Source: Nitrospirota bacterium (lineage in GTDB: Bacteria; Nitrospirota; Nitrospiria; Nitrospirales; Nitrospiraceae). Taken from it: a stretch of 64,000 nucleotides of DNA. Positions 60,518 through 64,000 of the stretch are shown here, one piece after another; position 1 is the stretch's first letter; the number at the start of each line of letters is the position of its first letter. Where the stretch lies: assembly GCA_963703955.1 (NCBI GenBank), contig CAVPGK010000010.1, positions 237,969 to 301,968 on the forward strand, in the 5' to 3' direction. The position numbers were made by a program, and so were the translations under genes. Below the pieces are notes generated by a model, which was not told the origin of the DNA, searched no databases, and saw only the letters and a program-made list of their open reading frames with translations.

Positions 60518-63500
60518 ATGCGCAGCATGGCCTCAAGCCATTTCCGGCATGGTCACGTCTTCCGTTTCCTCGCTTGGCTGCCGGCCGGGCTGGTGCTCTC
60601 GCTGCTCTGTGCGCCGGACGGTGCCCGTGCTCAAGGCACGCCGCCGATCACATCGTCCGGCCTGAACACACGGGTCAGCGGGCCGATCACTGTTCCTGGC
60701 GGAACTCAGTACACCATCACCGGCGGGACGCGACCCGGGGCGGGCCCCAATCTCTTTCACAGCTTCGGGCAGTTTGGGGTGCCCACCGCCAACATCGCGA
60801 ACTTCCTCAACGAGACGGCGCTGCCGACTTCCAACATCCTCGGCCGGGTGACCGGGGGGAATCCCTCGAACATCTTCGGCACGATTCAGACCAGCGGCTT
60901 TGGGAACGCCAATCTGTTTCTGATGAACCCGGCCGGCATCCTCTTCGGCCCCAATGCGACGTTGAACATTGGTGGGATGGCGACCTTCACGACGGCGGAT
61001 TCGCTGAAACTGGCCGACGGGACGGTCTTTCACGCCGCGCCCAATGCGGCGGCCGACGCGCTGCTGAGCGTCGCCCCGGTGGCGTCCTTTGGGTTCTTAG
61101 GGCCGCGGTCGGGTCCGATCACGGTCGATCACAGCACGCTGCAGATGCCGGAGGGGAAGGGGTTGGCGCTGGTGGGTGGAGCGATCAGCATCGTGGGGGG
61201 GCGACTGATCACCAAGGGGGCGCCCATTGAGCTGACCGGGCGCGAGTCGATCGTCGTGTCGGGCGTGGGGCAGGCGGGGCCGACCGGCGTCTTGACGTCC
61301 ACCGACAGCACGGGCCAGCGAGGCAGTATCACCCTCTCGGCGCCGACGGTGCGGCTGGAGACGGCGATGGTAGAGAGCACGGCGGGGGAGATCGGCAGTG
61401 CGGGGACGATCAGGATCCAGGGGTTCGGAGGAACGGCGGCGAAAACCGTGTCCCTGGACAATGCCACGGTCCGGACGACGATCAGCGGCGGCAGCGCGGC
61501 CAGCACGCCGGGAGCCATCTCGTTTACGGCGGATACGGTGACCTTGGCCAACGGGACACACATTACGGCCGACACCTCTGGTGCGGCTCCCGCTGGGGAC
61601 ATCACCTTCAACGTGGGTACTCTGACCACAACCGGAGGGCCGAATCGCATAGAATCACACCCAGAAAACCCCGGGCCTGGGACGTTCACACTGACCGGGG
61701 TGCTGATTGAGAGCAATAGCAGGAGTCTCGATGCTAGCGCGGGGAAAGCGGGCCAGATCGCCATCCAAGGCATCAATGGTCCAGGAAGTGCGGCAAGGAG
61801 CGTGAGCCTCGACGATACCACACTTGCCACGAAGGTGTTTGGGGGGACGCCCGCGACCACGCCAGCCTCGATCACCATCACTGCGGACTCGGTGGCTCTC
61901 GGTACAGCGGACTCGGTGGACCTCGGCACCTCAGTAGACCTTGGAAATTTTAAATCAGTCATTGAGGCGGCGTCCGCCGGCTCCGCGCCTGCGGGGAACA
62001 TTGCCTTTCACGTCAACACGCTGCGGACGAATGTGCACCCAGATGGCACGCCGATCAAAGGTGCAGGCGGGGCGTTCCTCTTCACAGGAAGCCAAAGCCG
62101 CGACAGCACAGCCGGCCCGGCGGGGACCATCACCATCTCGGGACCGGGCCCGGAGCCTACGGATGTCGCTGCGCTGGTCGCCCTCGATAAGATTGGGATC
62201 AACACGTCGGTGCTCGGTGGCACCGCCGCCACACCTCCGGCGGCGATCACGATCACGGCCGACACCCTGGCCCTCAGTTCTGAAATAGGGTCTCGCTTAT
62301 TTAACGAGTTAAATGCCGAATCCGGGATTTTTGCGGCCTCGGCGGGTGCCGCGCCCGCAGGGCATATTGCGTTCCACGTCGACACGCTGCGGGCGAATGT
62401 GAACCCGGATGGGACGCCAATGGGCCACGGCTATGGGTTCCTCGGCACCTTTAGTCAAAGCCGAGATAGCACCGCCGGCCCGGCCGGGACCATAACCATT
62501 TCGGGGCCGGGCCCGGGACCGACAGATGCCGCCACCTTGGTGTCCCTCAGCAACTTCTCCCTCAATACCGGTATTGCCGGCGGGACGGCGGCCACGGTCC
62601 CGTCGGTGGTCACGATCACGGCGCACACCCTCACCTTCAGCGGGAGCATCCGCACCAATGACCTTGGGTTCCGAACGGGGATTCTGGCGTCCTCCTCCGG
62701 CGGTGCGCCCGCGGGGAACGTTGTGCTCAACGTGGATACGTTGTCGACCAGCAACACGAACTTTTCGAGCAGTAGTACCAGTGCCGCCGCCAACGCGGGC
62801 AACGCCGGGAGGATCACCATTCAAGGCGTCGCTGGGGCCGGCTCGCTCCCGACGGCCGTGACGCTCAACCAGACCGACATCGCAACGGAAGCGAACGCCG
62901 GCACCGGCGGGTCCATCGCGCTGGCCTCCGCGACGGACATTCTGCTGACTGACTCCACCATTTCGGCCGCCGTCACCGGCGGCAGCCAACCGGGCGGCCA
63001 TATCACGCTGTCGGCGGATAACCGCATCATACTCACCGGCGGATCGGTGATCTCCGTGCAGAGCACCGGTTTGGGGAATGCGGGCAACATCACCCTCACG
63101 GCAGGGGAGGAAGTGCTCAGCACCAACAGTGCGCTGACCACTGCAGCGAGCCATGCCAGCGGCGGCAATATCACGGTAACCGCACCCGGTCTGATTCAGC
63201 TGACGAACAGCCAGATCAACGCGTCGGTGCAAGGATCCACGACCACCGCGGGCGGCAACATCACCATTGACCCGCAGTTTGTGATTTTGCAGAACAGCCA
63301 GATTCTCGCCCAGGCGACGCAGGGTCAGGGCGGGAACATCGCCATCACAACCATTGCCTTGGTCTCGGATGCCAGAAGCCTGGTGGACGCGTCGTCGCAG
63401 TTTGGGGTCAATGGGACCGTGCGGGTTCAATCGCCGAATGCCCCCGCGGCCGGCAAGATCGTGCCGCTGTCCAAGACCCCGCTGGAGACCGCCCCGCTGC

Positions 63501-63769
63501 TCAGCCAGCGTTGTGCGGCGATGGCAGCCGGGGAGTTCAGCAGCTTCGTGGTGGCCGGGCGCTACGGCTTGCCGACGGAGCCGGGTGGGTGGTTGGCGAG
63601 CCCGCTGGCGCTGCTCGGCGCTGACGCGGGGCGCGGGGCTCCAGAGGGGACGAACGCGACCTCCTCGCTCACGCAGGCAACCGAGATCGTGGCGCTGCGC
63701 CGGCTGCCGTCGGCAGGCCGGGTGACTCCGATCGTTTCGACTGACTGGATGGCAGGTTGTGGATCATGA
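60518..63769 (+). CDS. Filamentous haemagglutinin N-terminal (TPS) domain exoprotein
   Basis: Signal peptide; NLFHSF and NPAGILFG motifs; beta-helix repeats; C-terminal RCAA...SSFVVAGRYGLP. Confidence 0.9.
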   Translation: MRSMASSHFRHGHVFRFLAWLPAGLVLSLLCAPDGARAQGTPPITSSGLNTRVSGPITVPGGTQYTITGGTRPGAGPNLFHSFGQFGVPTANIANFLNETALPTSNILGRVTGGNPSNIFGTIQTSGFGNANLFLMNPAGILFGPNATLNIGGMATFTTADSLKLADGTVFHAAPNAAADALLSVAPVASFGFLGPRSGPITVDHSTLQMPEGKGLALVGGAISIVGGRLITKGAPIELTGRESIVVSGVGQAGPTGVLTSTDSTGQRGSITLSAPTVRLETAMVESTAGEIGSAGTIRIQGFGGTAAKTVSLDNATVRTTISGGSAASTPGAISFTADTVTLANGTHITADTSGAAPAGDITFNVGTLTTTGGPNRIESHPENPGPGTFTLTGVLIESNSRSLDASAGKAGQIAIQGINGPGSAARSVSLDDTTLATKVFGGTPATTPASITITADSVALGTADSVDLGTSVDLGNFKSVIEAASAGSAPAGNIAFHVNTLRTNVHPDGTPIKGAGGAFLFTGSQSRDSTAGPAGTITISGPGPEPTDVAALVALDKIGINTSVLGGTAATPPAAITITADTLALSSEIGSRLFNELNAESGIFAASAGAAPAGHIAFHVDTLRANVNPDGTPMGHGYGFLGTFSQSRDSTAGPAGTITISGPGPGPTDAATLVSLSNFSLNTGIAGGTAATVPSVVTITAHTLTFSGSIRTNDLGFRTGILASSSGGAPAGNVVLNVDTLSTSNTNFSSSSTSAAANAGNAGRITIQGVAGAGSLPTAVTLNQTDIATEANAGTGGSIALASATDILLTDSTISAAVTGGSQPGGHITLSADNRIILTGGSVISVQSTGLGNAGNITLTAGEEVLSTNSALTTAASHASGGNITVTAPGLIQLTNSQINASVQGSTTTAGGNITIDPQFVILQNSQILAQATQGQGGNIAITTIALVSDARSLVDASSQFGVNGTVRVQSPNAPAAGKIVPLSKTPLETAPLLSQRCAAMAAGEFSSFVVAGRYGLPTEPGGWLASPLALLGADAGRGAPEGTNATSSLTQATEIVALRRLPSAGRVTPIVSTDWMAGCGS

Positions 63770-64000
63770 CCGGTGGAAGCGAGTCTCATGCAAGCCAGTG
63801 AAGCAGGACGGGTGGCGCGGACTACCGGGACGATTTCGGAGCGGCTTCCACTGCCACCGAATCTGTGAGTGGCGGCGCCACTCGTGGGCTTTGCGCCGAT
63901 GGTGTGAGAGAGAAGCTGGAAATGGAAGGATTTTAGGTGAAGGTCAGTCCCTTGTCGGAGTCGCGTTTCAAAACGGAGCGTATCTCAAAAGATACGGGGT

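Overview
A GC-rich bacterial chromosomal segment. Gene content and repeat style suggest Nitrospira/Nitrospirota, which is an inference. The backbone is housekeeping: pycA/pycB, tpx, trpD-C-F-B-A with unrelated genes interleaved, lnt-prfB-lysS-lolC/E-lolD, an ATP-dependent DNA ligase, ttcA and msrA. Accessory content includes three toxin-antitoxin-like pairs, an IS481-family element, a CYTH-CHAD gene and two tandem filamentous-haemagglutinin-like genes. Single-base indels break many genes, including the essential lysS and prfB, so most frameshifts are probably sequencing or assembly errors rather than true pseudogenes. Best candidates for new biology: (1) an overlapping operon at 1-5143 joining a large protein with glutamate-cysteine-ligase-like motifs, a phosphatidylserine-decarboxylase-family enzyme, a divergent Lgt-family transferase and a secreted TPR protein, possibly an undescribed lipid or lipopeptide pathway; (2) a ~2.8 kb integrase-less island at 44419-47267, bounded by an exact 15-bp direct repeat, that splits a palindrome and carries an excisionase-like HTH and an ApeA-like HEPN gene; (3) a multi-stem candidate ncRNA upstream of trpD; (4) several MITE-like inverted-repeat elements between operon genes; (5) a secreted protein with a Cys/Trp-rich core. 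No tRNA, rRNA or CRISPR array was seen.
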